49,912 nucleotides of DNA from the NCBI GenBank assembly GCA_030425745.1, contig JAUHZW010000001.1, forward strand, positions 1 to 49,912. The letters are read 5' to 3'. The stretch comes from Actinomycetes bacterium. Its GTDB lineage: Bacteria; Actinomycetota; Actinomycetes; S36-B12. Below, piece by piece: positions 39,739-49,085 of the stretch (position 1 is its first letter; each line of letters begins with the position of its first letter). Under the pieces are notes generated by a model that worked only from the letters and a program-made list of their open reading frames with translations, ran no database searches and had not been told where the DNA came from. Both the position numbers and the translations under genes were made by a program.

Positions 39739-41286
39739 ATGGCGGACCCGGTCGGCACTTCAGTGGAGGGCGTCGCCTTCCCCGAGGGCGGCGACGGACG
39801 ACGCAGTACGAGCGCGACCGGCCGCGCGGTCTTCGCCGACTGCGTCCGCAACGTCGACCCCGCCATCGCCGCCCACATCGAGCACACCTCCGACTGGCGC
39901 GACGGCTACATCGGCCCACTGCGCGAGATCTCGCTGGCATCGGCGCTCGACGGCGATGCCGCGCTGGCGGTGTCTCGCGACGGCCTTGCGTCCGCGCATC
40001 GTCGCTTCGTCTTCGCCCGTGACGGCGAGCAGCTGCCCCTGTCGGAGGCGATGCGCCGCTGGACCGCGCCCCGGTTCGGCAGCGTCACCGTTCAGGGTGT
40101 CGCCCAGCGCGAGCAGGAGCTCACCCTGCCCTACAAGGGGCGCCGCCTGTTCGGTGATGACCTCCGCCGTCAGGTGGAGACGTGGATCGCCAAGGGCATC
40201 GCGGAGCCCGGCTTCGGCGAGGCCATCGACCTGCTGATCGCGAACCCGGACTGGATGGACCTGCGCGACGTCGACATCGCCGTGCTGGGCGCGGGCGCGG
40301 AGCTCGCACCGACGCGATCGCTCCTGCGCTGGGGGGCCAAGGTCCATGGGGTCGATCTCCCTCGGCCGGAGATCTGGCAGCGACTCATCGCCACGACCCG
40401 CAACACCGCCGGATCCCTGCGCATCCCCGTCGGACTCGATGCCGAGGGGCAGCCGCCGTTCGTCGTCGGTGGTCAGGTCCATCCCGAGGATGACCTCACC
40501 GTGGCCGACGGAGCCGGAGCAGACCTCCTGCGCCAGACGCCCGAGATCCTCACCTGGCTGCGCGAGATCGACCAGCCGTTTGTCCTCGGCACCTACGCAT
40601 ACGCCGACGGCGCCGCACACGTGCTGCTGTCGATGGCCTCCGAGGCCCTCGTCACCGAGCTCACCTCGTCACGCGATGACATCACCCTCGCCTACCTGGC
40701 CACCCCGACCGACGTGTTCATGGTGCCGCTCGCCGCGGTGGAGGAGTCCCGGCGACGATGGGAGTCCCGCGGCATCGGGGGCCTGTTCCAGACGCCACTG
40801 CGCCTGCTGAAGCAGTTCGAGCCGAACTACCCCCGTACCTACACGGCGGACGATGGTGTGGTGTTCGGACTGAACGACTCGCTCGTGCCGCAGCAGGGTC
40901 CCAACTACGCCCTCGCCAAGCGGCTTCAGCGCTGGCGCGCGCTTGTCGCCCGAGCCGATGGCATTCCGGTGTCGCTCAACCTCGCACCCGCGACCCGGAC
41001 GGCATCGGTCGTCAAGAACCGGGCCCTGTCCGCGGCCTATGCCGGCGCCGGAAGGTTCGGCGTCGAGGTGTTCGAGCCGGCCACCTCGACCACACTCATG
41101 GCCGCGCTGCTGGTGCACGACCTCCGCAACCCGGCGGCCGCCGCCAACCCGGCCACCGAGCTGGCCAATCCGATGGACCTGTTCGCCCAGGCGGCCAACC
41201 ACGGGGGCCTGTGGCGCGCGGCCTACGAACCGCGCAGCGTGCTCGGCATCGCCGCCCTCCTCGGGATGTTCGAGGCGCGGGCCTGA
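39739..41286 (+). CDS. Hypothetical 515-aa protein with no family recognised; possible Rossmann-like segment
   Basis: Coding-like composition and an ATG start, with its stop overlapping the start of the ThDP enzyme (TGATG). The segment DVDIAVLGAGAELAPTRSLLRWGAKVHGVDL resembles a dinucleotide-binding beta-alpha-beta unit. No other motif was recognised. Confidence 0.6.
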   Translation: MADPVGTSVEGVAFPEGGDGRRSTSATGRAVFADCVRNVDPAIAAHIEHTSDWRDGYIGPLREISLASALDGDAALAVSRDGLASAHRRFVFARDGEQLPLSEAMRRWTAPRFGSVTVQGVAQREQELTLPYKGRRLFGDDLRRQVETWIAKGIAEPGFGEAIDLLIANPDWMDLRDVDIAVLGAGAELAPTRSLLRWGAKVHGVDLPRPEIWQRLIATTRNTAGSLRIPVGLDAEGQPPFVVGGQVHPEDDLTVADGAGADLLRQTPEILTWLREIDQPFVLGTYAYADGAAHVLLSMASEALVTELTSSRDDITLAYLATPTDVFMVPLAAVEESRRRWESRGIGGLFQTPLRLLKQFEPNYPRTYTADDGVVFGLNDSLVPQQGPNYALAKRLQRWRALVARADGIPVSLNLAPATRTASVVKNRALSAAYAGAGRFGVEVFEPATSTTLMAALLVHDLRNPAAAANPATELANPMDLFAQAANHGGLWRAAYEPRSVLGIAALLGMFEARA

Positions 41287-42929
41287 TGCCCTCCGGCCCC
41301 ACGGTCGCCTCGGCCATCCTCGAGCTCCTGGGCCGGCACGGCGTCCGCCGCACGTTCGGCATCCCGGGCGTCCACAACCTGCCGTTCTGGGACGCGGACG
41401 GTGACGATCTCCCCCGCATCATCGGCGTGCGCCATGAGCAGGCCGCGGCCTACGCCTCCGACGGCCTCTACCGCGCCACCGGCGAACTCTCCGCCGCACT
41501 GCTGACCAGTGGGCCCGGCGCCGCGAATGCGGTCGCAGCATTCGGTGAGGCGTACGTGAGCGGATCTCCCGTGCTGGCCTTCGCGAGTGAGGTCAACTAC
41601 GGGCTCCGGTCGACCGGCGGCCCGCGCGGGATCCTGCACGAGATGGCCGATCAGGGCGCGATGTTCGAGGCTTTCGGCGCCCCGGCCCGACGAGCACGGA
41701 CCCGACAGGACGCCATGGCCTCGGCAGTCCTCGCCCTCCGCGACGCCTGGGGTCCGCCGGCCACCGGCAGTTACATCGGCATCCCGACCGACGTGCTCGG
41801 TGAGCCGTGGACAGCTCCCATTCCGCACATCCCCCGGCTCCCGGCGCCCACTCCCGACCCGCACGAGGTGTCGGTGCTCGCCGAGCTCATCTCCACCTCG
41901 CCGCGCGTGATCATCTGGGCCGGCGGCGGTGTCGTCGCCGCTGATGCGGATGACGCCCTGTCATCACTCGCCCACCGCCTCGGCGCTCCCGTGGTGACGA
42001 GCTATGCCGGACGAGGCCTCATGGCCGGTGATCCGCTGCTGGTGGATGTGCCGGTCCACGAGCCTGAGGTGGGTGCCCTGCTCGGGGATGCCGACCTGCT
42101 GCTCGTCCTCGGATCGTCCTTCGACGGCATGAACACCAAGAACTGGCGCATGGCTATGCCCGAGCGACGAGCCGCGGTGACGCTCGGCAGCATGATCACC
42201 GAGACCGTCGACTGGGACTGCCTGATCAGCGCCGATGTCGCCAGCACGCTCACCGATCTCGAGCAGGCCCTCGATGACACCGGTGTCAGCCCACGCGAGC
42301 CATGGGTCGACGTCTCCGGCACCCGCGCCACGGTGATGGCGAGACTGGCCGCTGACCCGCGGACCGCATCGGCCGTCGCCTTCGTCGAGCAGATCGAGGC
42401 CGGCTGGCCGGCCGAGGGCGCCACGATCTGCGATATGGCGGTCGGCGCCTACTGGTACGGCGGCTACAGCTCTCAGCCGCGACCGCGTCGCCTGCAGTAC
42501 CCGGTCGGCTGGGGCACCCTCGGCTACGCCCTGCCCGCCGCGATCGGGCCCGCGTCAGCAGGGATCCCGACCCTGGCCATCTGCGGCGACGGCGGCCCGA
42601 TGTTCGCGCTCGGCGAGCTCGCCACCTACGCCCAGGAGTCCCTGCCGATCACGCTGCTCATCGTCGACGACGGCGGCTACGGGATGCTGCGGTTCGACCA
42701 GCAGGTCTACGGCCATCCCGAGCGCGGTGTCGACCTCGTGACCCCGGAGTGGACCAGCCTCGGTGCCGCGTTCGGCATCACGGTGGAGGAGGTGCCCGAC
42801 GTCAGCGGCATCAGCGCCGCGCTCGGCCGGGCCCTGGACGCGAATCACCGCGGTGAGCCGCGCATGGTCATCTGGCGCGAACGCCTGTTCCCTGCACGCA
42901 CGGGCTCACCGCGGTGGTTCGAGGACTAG
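41286..42929 (+). CDS. Thiamine diphosphate-dependent enzyme (acetolactate synthase / oxalyl-CoA decarboxylase superfamily)
   Basis: 547 aa from the ATG at 41286. Pyr domain with catalytic Glu (GVRHEQAAAYASDG, TSGPGAANA). PP domain GDGGPMFALGELATYAQESLPITLLIVDDGGYG. Confidence 0.85.
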   Translation: MPSGPTVASAILELLGRHGVRRTFGIPGVHNLPFWDADGDDLPRIIGVRHEQAAAYASDGLYRATGELSAALLTSGPGAANAVAAFGEAYVSGSPVLAFASEVNYGLRSTGGPRGILHEMADQGAMFEAFGAPARRARTRQDAMASAVLALRDAWGPPATGSYIGIPTDVLGEPWTAPIPHIPRLPAPTPDPHEVSVLAELISTSPRVIIWAGGGVVAADADDALSSLAHRLGAPVVTSYAGRGLMAGDPLLVDVPVHEPEVGALLGDADLLLVLGSSFDGMNTKNWRMAMPERRAAVTLGSMITETVDWDCLISADVASTLTDLEQALDDTGVSPREPWVDVSGTRATVMARLAADPRTASAVAFVEQIEAGWPAEGATICDMAVGAYWYGGYSSQPRPRRLQYPVGWGTLGYALPAAIGPASAGIPTLAICGDGGPMFALGELATYAQESLPITLLIVDDGGYGMLRFDQQVYGHPERGVDLVTPEWTSLGAAFGITVEEVPDVSGISAALGRALDANHRGEPRMVIWRERLFPARTGSPRWFED

Positions 42930-42933
42930 CCGA

Positions 42934-44496
42934 CTACCCCACTGCGCGCCACAGCGACGGTGCGTGGATCCAGTTCGGATCACCGTTGCCGGTGTGCGAC
43001 TGCACGGCCTCGTAGGTCACACCATCGAAGGTCACGCGGTCACCGGTCGCGTAACTGCCGGTGGCGGACCACTCAGACGCTCCCGCACCGGGCTCCGGAG
43101 TGACGGGCTCCGGCGTCGGCTCAGGCGTCACCGGCGCATCCGCGACCGGCTGCCACAGCGACAGTGCGTGGATCCAGTTCGGATCGCCCACACCCGTGTG
43201 CGACTGCACGGCCACGTAGGTCACCCCCTGGTAGGTCACCTGATCACCGGCGGCGTAGGTGCCACGGGAGTCCCAGGTGCCGTCCACCGGCGCGGGCTCA
43301 GGCTCGGGTGCCGGATCGGGTTCGGGCGCCGCATCCATCGTCACCGACAGCACGTTGCTCAGCGCCGACTCGTTGCCCTCAGCATCGACAGCGGCGACCG
43401 TGTACGCGTACGTGGTTCCGGCTGCCAGGCCCGCGTCCGTCAGCATCGTCATTCCTGTCGAGCCGATGAGGCCGCCATCGCGGTACACGCGGTACTCGAC
43501 GACCCCGACATCGTCCGTCGCGGCGTTCCACATGAGCTGCACCGAATCCGCGGTCTGCCCCATGGAGTGCAGGTACTGCGGGGCGCTCGGCGCGGTGACG
43601 TCGTCCACCGGAGCCGCAGCAGTGCGGGCGACCAGACCTGAGCTGGGAGCCGAGGCATTGCCGGCCCGATCGATGGCCACGACCTGGTAGAGGTACGCGC
43701 TGTCGGGGGTCAGGCCCTCGTCGATGAAGGACGTGGCCGCGGTGTCGGCGATCCGCTCCCCATCGCGGTAGACCGCGTAGGTGACGTCGCCGGGCTGATC
43801 GTCGGCCGCTGCGGCCCACATCAGCTCGACCGAGCTGCTGGTGGCGCCGTGGACCATCAGGCCGGACGGCACGGCCGGTGCCGTCGTGTCGACATCGCCG
43901 GAGCCGATCACGTTCACGTCGATGACGTTGTAGAACGCGTTGACGGTGTCGGCGACATCCCAGACCGCGAGGATCACGTGATAGCCCGAGCGGTCCGCCG
44001 GGATATCGATGATGTGGTCCGGGTTGGTGCTGGCCTTGCTGCCGTCGTGCTGGACCTCGCCGATGAGCTCGAGGTCGGCCCGGTCGAGGGGGCTGTTGGG
44101 ATCCCAGCCCTCCTTGGTCATGTAGTAGTGCCACTTCGACGTGCTGTGGGGCGCCGTGTAGGTCCAGTCGAACAGCATCGGGCCGGTGACGATGTCGGTC
44201 TTGGCCCATCGGTCAGCCGTCTGCTCATCGAGCTTCCCGCCGAACTGTCCGCCCGCCGACGCGATCTGCCCGTCGGCCGGACCGGCCTCCGGGAAGCCCT
44301 TCAGGTACTCCAGGCTCTGCGGCTCGTACTGCACGCCGCCGCAGTCGGTGTTCACCCCGACCTTGCACAGGTAGGACCTGCTCTCGGGGCCATTCACGTA
44401 GCCGTGCGCGCTCGACGGTGCTGCCGTGAGGACACCCGCGGCCATCAGGGTCACCGTGCCGCCCAGCGCTGCGATTCCTGTCGTCATGCGCTTCAT
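42934..44496 (-). CDS. Secreted AA10 lytic polysaccharide monooxygenase with 2 FN3 and 2 CBM5/12 modules
   Basis: The ATG at 44496 is preceded by AAGGAGGAAG. Signal peptide ...APSSA|HGYV exposes the N-terminal His of the copper histidine brace. Two FN3-like modules are followed by two near-identical W..G.Y..GD.V.Y.G..Y.A.Q.H....DPNW...SLW modules. Confidence 0.85.
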   Translation of the reverse strand: MKRMTTGIAALGGTVTLMAAGVLTAAPSSAHGYVNGPESRSYLCKVGVNTDCGGVQYEPQSLEYLKGFPEAGPADGQIASAGGQFGGKLDEQTADRWAKTDIVTGPMLFDWTYTAPHSTSKWHYYMTKEGWDPNSPLDRADLELIGEVQHDGSKASTNPDHIIDIPADRSGYHVILAVWDVADTVNAFYNVIDVNVIGSGDVDTTAPAVPSGLMVHGATSSSVELMWAAAADDQPGDVTYAVYRDGERIADTAATSFIDEGLTPDSAYLYQVVAIDRAGNASAPSSGLVARTAAAPVDDVTAPSAPQYLHSMGQTADSVQLMWNAATDDVGVVEYRVYRDGGLIGSTGMTMLTDAGLAAGTTYAYTVAAVDAEGNESALSNVLSVTMDAAPEPDPAPEPEPAPVDGTWDSRGTYAAGDQVTYQGVTYVAVQSHTGVGDPNWIHALSLWQPVADAPVTPEPTPEPVTPEPGAGASEWSATGSYATGDRVTFDGVTYEAVQSHTGNGDPNWIHAPSLWRAVG

Positions 44497-44522
44497 GTCT
44501 TCCTCCTTGTCTCGTCCCCCAT

Positions 44523-44568
44523 CCGCCGAGGTCTTCGGCGGTACGACGTCCGCCGAGGTGTCCGGCGG
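44523..44568. promoter_or_regulatory. Two tandem near-identical palindromes/hairpins in the LPMO upstream region
   Basis: CCGCCGA-GGTCT-TCGGCGG (44523-44541) and CCGCCG-AGGTGTC-CGGCGG (44550-44568), 27 bp apart. They lie 27-72 nt upstream of the LPMO start codon. Confidence 0.35.
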
Positions 44569-44659
44569 ATCAACATGGGGATACCCGAACATCGGCACCG
44601 CCAAACCTGCCCTTACCCGCTTCGAACACAGCCCCACCGCCGGGTGGTTGACTCTCCCC

Positions 44660-45739
44660 ATGAGTGAGCGCATCTCCGTCCTGCTCGTCGGGTACGGCCT
44701 CGCCGGCCGGGTCTTCCACGCACCGCTGATCGAGGTCACATCCGGCCTGTCCCTCGACGGCATCGTGACCTCCAACGCCGAGCGCACGATCCAGGCACGC
44801 GAGCAGCACCCCGAGGCACAGGTCTACGCGTCGCTCGACGAGGCCCTCGCGCACGGATTCGATCTCGTCGTCGTCGCGACACCTAACGTCACCCATGTGC
44901 CCTACACCCGCCAGGCCCTCACCGCTGGCGCCCACGTGGTCCTCGACAAGCCCGTCGCCGCGAGTGCGCAGGAGGCCGCCGACCTCGCCGCGCTGGCCGA
45001 GGAGAAGGAGCGCCTGCTCATCCCGTTCCAGAACCGCCGCTGGGACAGCGACTTCCTCACCGCGTCCAAGGCCGCTCACAGCGGTGTGCTGGGCATGATC
45101 CACCGATTCGACTCCCACATCGACCGGATGCGCGTCGTCCCGAAGGTCGGCTGGCGCGAGTCCGCCGACCCGGCCGACCTCGGCGGCATGCTCTACGACC
45201 TCGGCGCCCATGCCATCGACCAGGCCCTCGCCCTGATGGGCCCGGTCACCCGGGTGTCAGCATCCGTGCGCTCGGTCCGTCCGCTGGATCCGACGGACGA
45301 CGACGTCGTGCTGCTGCTGACCCACGACTCCGGCGCGATCAGCGTGGTGACCGTCAGCCAGGTGGCGGCGTTCGGTGATCCGCGCATGACTCTGCTCGGC
45401 ACCCACGGCGGCTTCCGCGTCCATGCGACCGACACCCAGGAGGCGGTGCTGCGCACCGGCACGCTGCCGGGGCCGGAGTGGGGCGTCGAGCCCGCCGGCA
45501 CCGACGCCACGCTTCGGGTGTTCGACGACGACAGCGTCGTCACCGAGACCCGGGTGCCCATGGAGCCGGGGGCATGGCCGGAGTTCTACCGCGCAGTGGC
45601 CGCCGCAGTCCGCGGGGAGCAGGCACCGCCGGTCCTGATCTCCGACGTCATCGAGTCGATGCGCGTCATGGATGCTGCGCGCACCGCAGGGGCGACGGGC
45701 ACGACGGTCACCCTCGACCCTCCCGCAGGTCACGCATAG
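44660..45739 (+). CDS. Gfo/Idh/MocA-family NAD(P)-dependent oxidoreductase
   Basis: ISVLLVGYGLAGRVFHAPL Rossmann N-terminus and VVLDKPVA. Trimmed to the ATG at 44660. Confidence 0.8.
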   Translation: MSERISVLLVGYGLAGRVFHAPLIEVTSGLSLDGIVTSNAERTIQAREQHPEAQVYASLDEALAHGFDLVVVATPNVTHVPYTRQALTAGAHVVLDKPVAASAQEAADLAALAEEKERLLIPFQNRRWDSDFLTASKAAHSGVLGMIHRFDSHIDRMRVVPKVGWRESADPADLGGMLYDLGAHAIDQALALMGPVTRVSASVRSVRPLDPTDDDVVLLLTHDSGAISVVTVSQVAAFGDPRMTLLGTHGGFRVHATDTQEAVLRTGTLPGPEWGVEPAGTDATLRVFDDDSVVTETRVPMEPGAWPEFYRAVAAAVRGEQAPPVLISDVIESMRVMDAARTAGATGTTVTLDPPAGHA

Positions 45740-46532
45740 TCCATGTCGTGCGCCACGACCGGGGAAGGTCGGCGGCAAGACGGTCGACGGTGTGCCAGGG
45801 GCGGTCGGCCAGCCCATCGGGAGGACCCGACTGCGGCTCGAGGCAGATGGCCTCCGGACGCTCGTCGTAGACCACGAACCAGGATCCGTCCGTGGCCACG
45901 TCAATGGCCAGCCACCGTGGCCATCGGATGGTCGCTCGACCGGAGGGCACCCAGAAGGCGTCGTCGAACGGCCCAGCGCCGGCATCGTCCGCCAACTCGA
46001 CCGGAAGGGCGTCATCGCCCCGGCGGAGGAGGCGCGGCTCGTCGAGCCACCACTGCCCCACGTGACCTTCGATCTCGCGACGGAACCACGGGTGCCAGCC
46101 GACCACGCAGGGGGCGCCGTCCTCGGAGCTCTCGACCTCGATCTCCGTCGTGAGCCGCCCGACCTCGAGCGTCCACGAGACCCGCACGGTCAACGGCCAC
46201 GGCCACTCCGGGTGATGAGACGTCGCCAGCACGACCTGCTGCCTCTGGGACTCATCCACTCGACTCACCACATCGAGTGGCCGGCTGAGGAGCGTGCCAT
46301 GGAGTGCCCATCCACCGTAGGTCTCCGGCAGCGGGTGTGGGCCGCCGAGGCCGGTGACCTCGTTGCCTCGCACTCGTCCGGCCCACGGAGCCATCGGATA
46401 CATCCCGTACTCGACCGGGTCGTCGCCCTGACGGTGCAGCAGCTCGTGGCCCCCGATGCGCCAGGAGACAGCGCGTGCCCCGTGCTCAGGGTCGATGGTG
46501 AGACCGACGTCATGCACCGCGATGTCGATCAC
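45708..46532 (-). CDS. Aldose 1-epimerase-family protein
   Basis: 274 aa. The pattern GMYPMAPWAGRV...GGWALHGT...HPWF is typical of galactose mutarotase-like proteins. Confidence 0.65.
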   Translation of the reverse strand: MIDIAVHDVGLTIDPEHGARAVSWRIGGHELLHRQGDDPVEYGMYPMAPWAGRVRGNEVTGLGGPHPLPETYGGWALHGTLLSRPLDVVSRVDESQRQQVVLATSHHPEWPWPLTVRVSWTLEVGRLTTEIEVESSEDGAPCVVGWHPWFRREIEGHVGQWWLDEPRLLRRGDDALPVELADDAGAGPFDDAFWVPSGRATIRWPRWLAIDVATDGSWFVVYDERPEAICLEPQSGPPDGLADRPWHTVDRLAADLPRSWRTTWTMRDLREGRG

Positions 46533-46548
46533 GTCGGCACCCTTCGGG

Positions 46549-47763
46549 TCAGGAAGCGGTCGCCTCGTACGGCTCCGCGACGACGGTCAGAGGGTCGGCC
46601 AGCAGCCGCTCGAAGGCCATCTCCGCCGCGCCGATCAGCGTGCTGTCGTCATCCAGCGCCGGGATCTCCAGTCGCACCTGGTCACGCGCGGCGGGGAGTG
46701 CATGGCTCACCCGTTCGCGGACCTGCTCCTTGACCATCGGCAGGAGCAGGCGCAGGTGGCCTCCGAGGACGATCACCTCGGGATTGAACAGGTTGACGAG
46801 GTTCGCGAGGCCCAGCCCGAGCCAGTCGCCGGCTTCGTCGACCGCGGCCCGGGCTCGGGGCTGTCCGGCGACCGCTGCTGCGATGACGTCCTCGATGGTC
46901 TCCGCACCACCGGCGTGGTCGACGGCCCGAACGAGTGCATCACTGCCGATCTCGGTCTCCCAGCAACCGACCGCTCCACACCGACAGGGGCTTCCGCCGG
47001 GATGCACCACCATGTGCCCGACCTCGCCACCGAACCCACCGGCACCGAGCATGGGGCGATTGTCGATGATCACGCCGCCACCGATGCCCACCTCGCCGGA
47101 CAGGTAGATGAGGTTGCTGTGGTCGGCGCCGACACCACGCACATGCTCCGCTACCGCTCCGAGATCCGCATCGTTGCCGATCGAGATGAACGGGGCATCA
47201 CCGAACTCCTCGAGGAGCGCCGCGCGTACCAGCGTCCCGAAGGGAACATCGGACCAACCGAGGTTGGGAGCCAGCCTTACGAGTCCATCGCTGTGATCGA
47301 TCACACCGGGCACACCGATGCCGACGCCCACCCAGACGGCATCGTCGGGAGCATGCTCCAGCGCCTGTCGGGTGAGTGACACGACGTTCTTGACCGCGGA
47401 GGCCGGGGTGTACTTCGCGCGCTTGTGCCGCTGCTCCCGTCGCCACAGCTCCTGACCGCCGAGGCCGACCAGCGCGACGATCGTGCAGTCGACGCGCAGA
47501 TCGAAGGCGACGACCACGGCCGAGGTCTCCAGGGGGGCAACCACCAGCGATGGACGCCCCACCTGACCGGGGGCTCCCGCGGCCTCAGCCACGAGGCCCG
47601 CCTCAGAGAGCTCGGACACCACGACGCCCACGGTGCTCCGGTTGAGGCCACTCACCGCGACCAGGTCGGATCGCCGGGCGGCGCCTCGCTCGTGCAGATG
47701 ACGCAGCAGGCGAGCCCGGTTGAGTCTTCTCAGGTCGTCCTGCGTCGACGCTGTGCGCGTCAC
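46549..47763 (-). CDS. ROK-family transcriptional repressor
   Basis: N-terminal wHTH (NRARLLRHLHERGAARRSDLVAVSGLNRSTV), ROK glucokinase-like body, and a Zn motif GHMVVHPGGSPCRCGAVGCWE. Confidence 0.85.
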   Translation of the reverse strand: MTRTASTQDDLRRLNRARLLRHLHERGAARRSDLVAVSGLNRSTVGVVVSELSEAGLVAEAAGAPGQVGRPSLVVAPLETSAVVVAFDLRVDCTIVALVGLGGQELWRREQRHKRAKYTPASAVKNVVSLTRQALEHAPDDAVWVGVGIGVPGVIDHSDGLVRLAPNLGWSDVPFGTLVRAALLEEFGDAPFISIGNDADLGAVAEHVRGVGADHSNLIYLSGEVGIGGGVIIDNRPMLGAGGFGGEVGHMVVHPGGSPCRCGAVGCWETEIGSDALVRAVDHAGGAETIEDVIAAAVAGQPRARAAVDEAGDWLGLGLANLVNLFNPEVIVLGGHLRLLLPMVKEQVRERVSHALPAARDQVRLEIPALDDDSTLIGAAEMAFERLLADPLTVVAEPYEATAS

Positions 47764-47786
47764 GGTCGGTCCTCTCTCGTTCGTCG

Positions 47787-49085
47787 CTATCCCGCTGCCG
47801 CCCGCATGCGGGAAATGGCATCCACACTAGCGGCGATGAGGAGCACGAAACCGGTGACCACGAACTGGATCCCGGACTGCTGCGTGATCAGCGGCAGGCC
47901 ATTGGCGATCACCGCGATGACCAGACCACCGATGACGGCATCCATCACGCGGCCCTTGCCGCCGAAGAGGCTGGTGCCACCGATGACGGCAGCGCCCACG
48001 GCGAACAGCAGCGTCTGAGCACCACCGGTGGTGGGCGACACCGAGTTGTCACGGGACGCGAGAAGCACGCCAGCGACCGCGGCGAGGGTCGAGCCGATCA
48101 TGAAGCAGTACACCTTGATCATCTTCACGTTGATGCCGGCGCGACGGGACGCCTCGGCGTTGCCACCGACCGCGTAGACGTGCCGACCGAACGGGGTGCG
48201 CCCGAGCACAAAGGTGAGACCGACGACCAGCACGAGGATCACCAGCACGACCCACGGAACGCCCTGGATCACCGGGATGCATCCGAGCGGCGCCTCACCG
48301 TCGACCGGGCACGCCTCCTTGCCCGGACGCATGATCTGACGCTCCTGATTGAGCAGGAAGACGACCACACCGAAGATGACTGCGAGCACGACGGTCTTCG
48401 CTGCCCAGACAGAGGTCGCCGTCGCCTTGAGTCCGGCCTTGCGGCGGCCGCTGATGGCGCGCCAGGCCGTCCAGGCGTAGCCCACGACGATCAGCGCCCA
48501 CAGGACCCAACCCGCCCACAGCGGCATGTTCTGGTTCATGATCGCGACGAGGAAGTCGCTGCGCAGCCGGATCGTGCCGCCCTCTCCGATGATGAGCAGC
48601 ATGACGCCCTGGAGCGCGAGGAACATGGCCAGCGTGACGACGAACGACGGAATGCCCAGTCGTGCGACGAGGGTGCCGATGAACAGGCCGATCACGGTGC
48701 CGGTGAGCAGGCCCGCGAGCAGTGCCAGCGGCCACGGGAATCCCCAGGAGGCCAGAGCGACGGCCAGAACGGCGGCCGACGTGCCAGCGGTGAACCCCGC
48801 AGAGAGGTCGATCTCGCCGAGGAGCAGCACGAACACCAGGCCCATCGCCAGCACGATGATCGCCGCGGACTGGTTGAGCAGGTTGGCGAAGTTGAAGATG
48901 GAGAAGAAGGTCTCCGGCCGCATGATGCTGAAGATCGCGAAGAGGACGACCAGGCCGAGCACGGCCGGCAGGGAGCCTACGTCGCCTCCCTTGACTCGGG
49001 TGAAGTAGTCGCCGACCGCCTCTCCGATGCCGGCGCGATCGCCGGCCTCGGGGATGTCCACGTCCGTGGTCTGGTGGGAGCTCAT
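47787..49085 (-). CDS. Sugar ABC transporter permease (XylH-like, about 430 aa type)
   Basis: About 10-12 hydrophobic helices in the BPD_transp_2 style, with a long N-terminal cytoplasmic extension. It overlaps the ATPase gene stop. Confidence 0.8.
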   Translation of the reverse strand: MSSHQTTDVDIPEAGDRAGIGEAVGDYFTRVKGGDVGSLPAVLGLVVLFAIFSIMRPETFFSIFNFANLLNQSAAIIVLAMGLVFVLLLGEIDLSAGFTAGTSAAVLAVALASWGFPWPLALLAGLLTGTVIGLFIGTLVARLGIPSFVVTLAMFLALQGVMLLIIGEGGTIRLRSDFLVAIMNQNMPLWAGWVLWALIVVGYAWTAWRAISGRRKAGLKATATSVWAAKTVVLAVIFGVVVFLLNQERQIMRPGKEACPVDGEAPLGCIPVIQGVPWVVLVILVLVVGLTFVLGRTPFGRHVYAVGGNAEASRRAGINVKMIKVYCFMIGSTLAAVAGVLLASRDNSVSPTTGGAQTLLFAVGAAVIGGTSLFGGKGRVMDAVIGGLVIAVIANGLPLITQQSGIQFVVTGFVLLIAASVDAISRMRAAAG

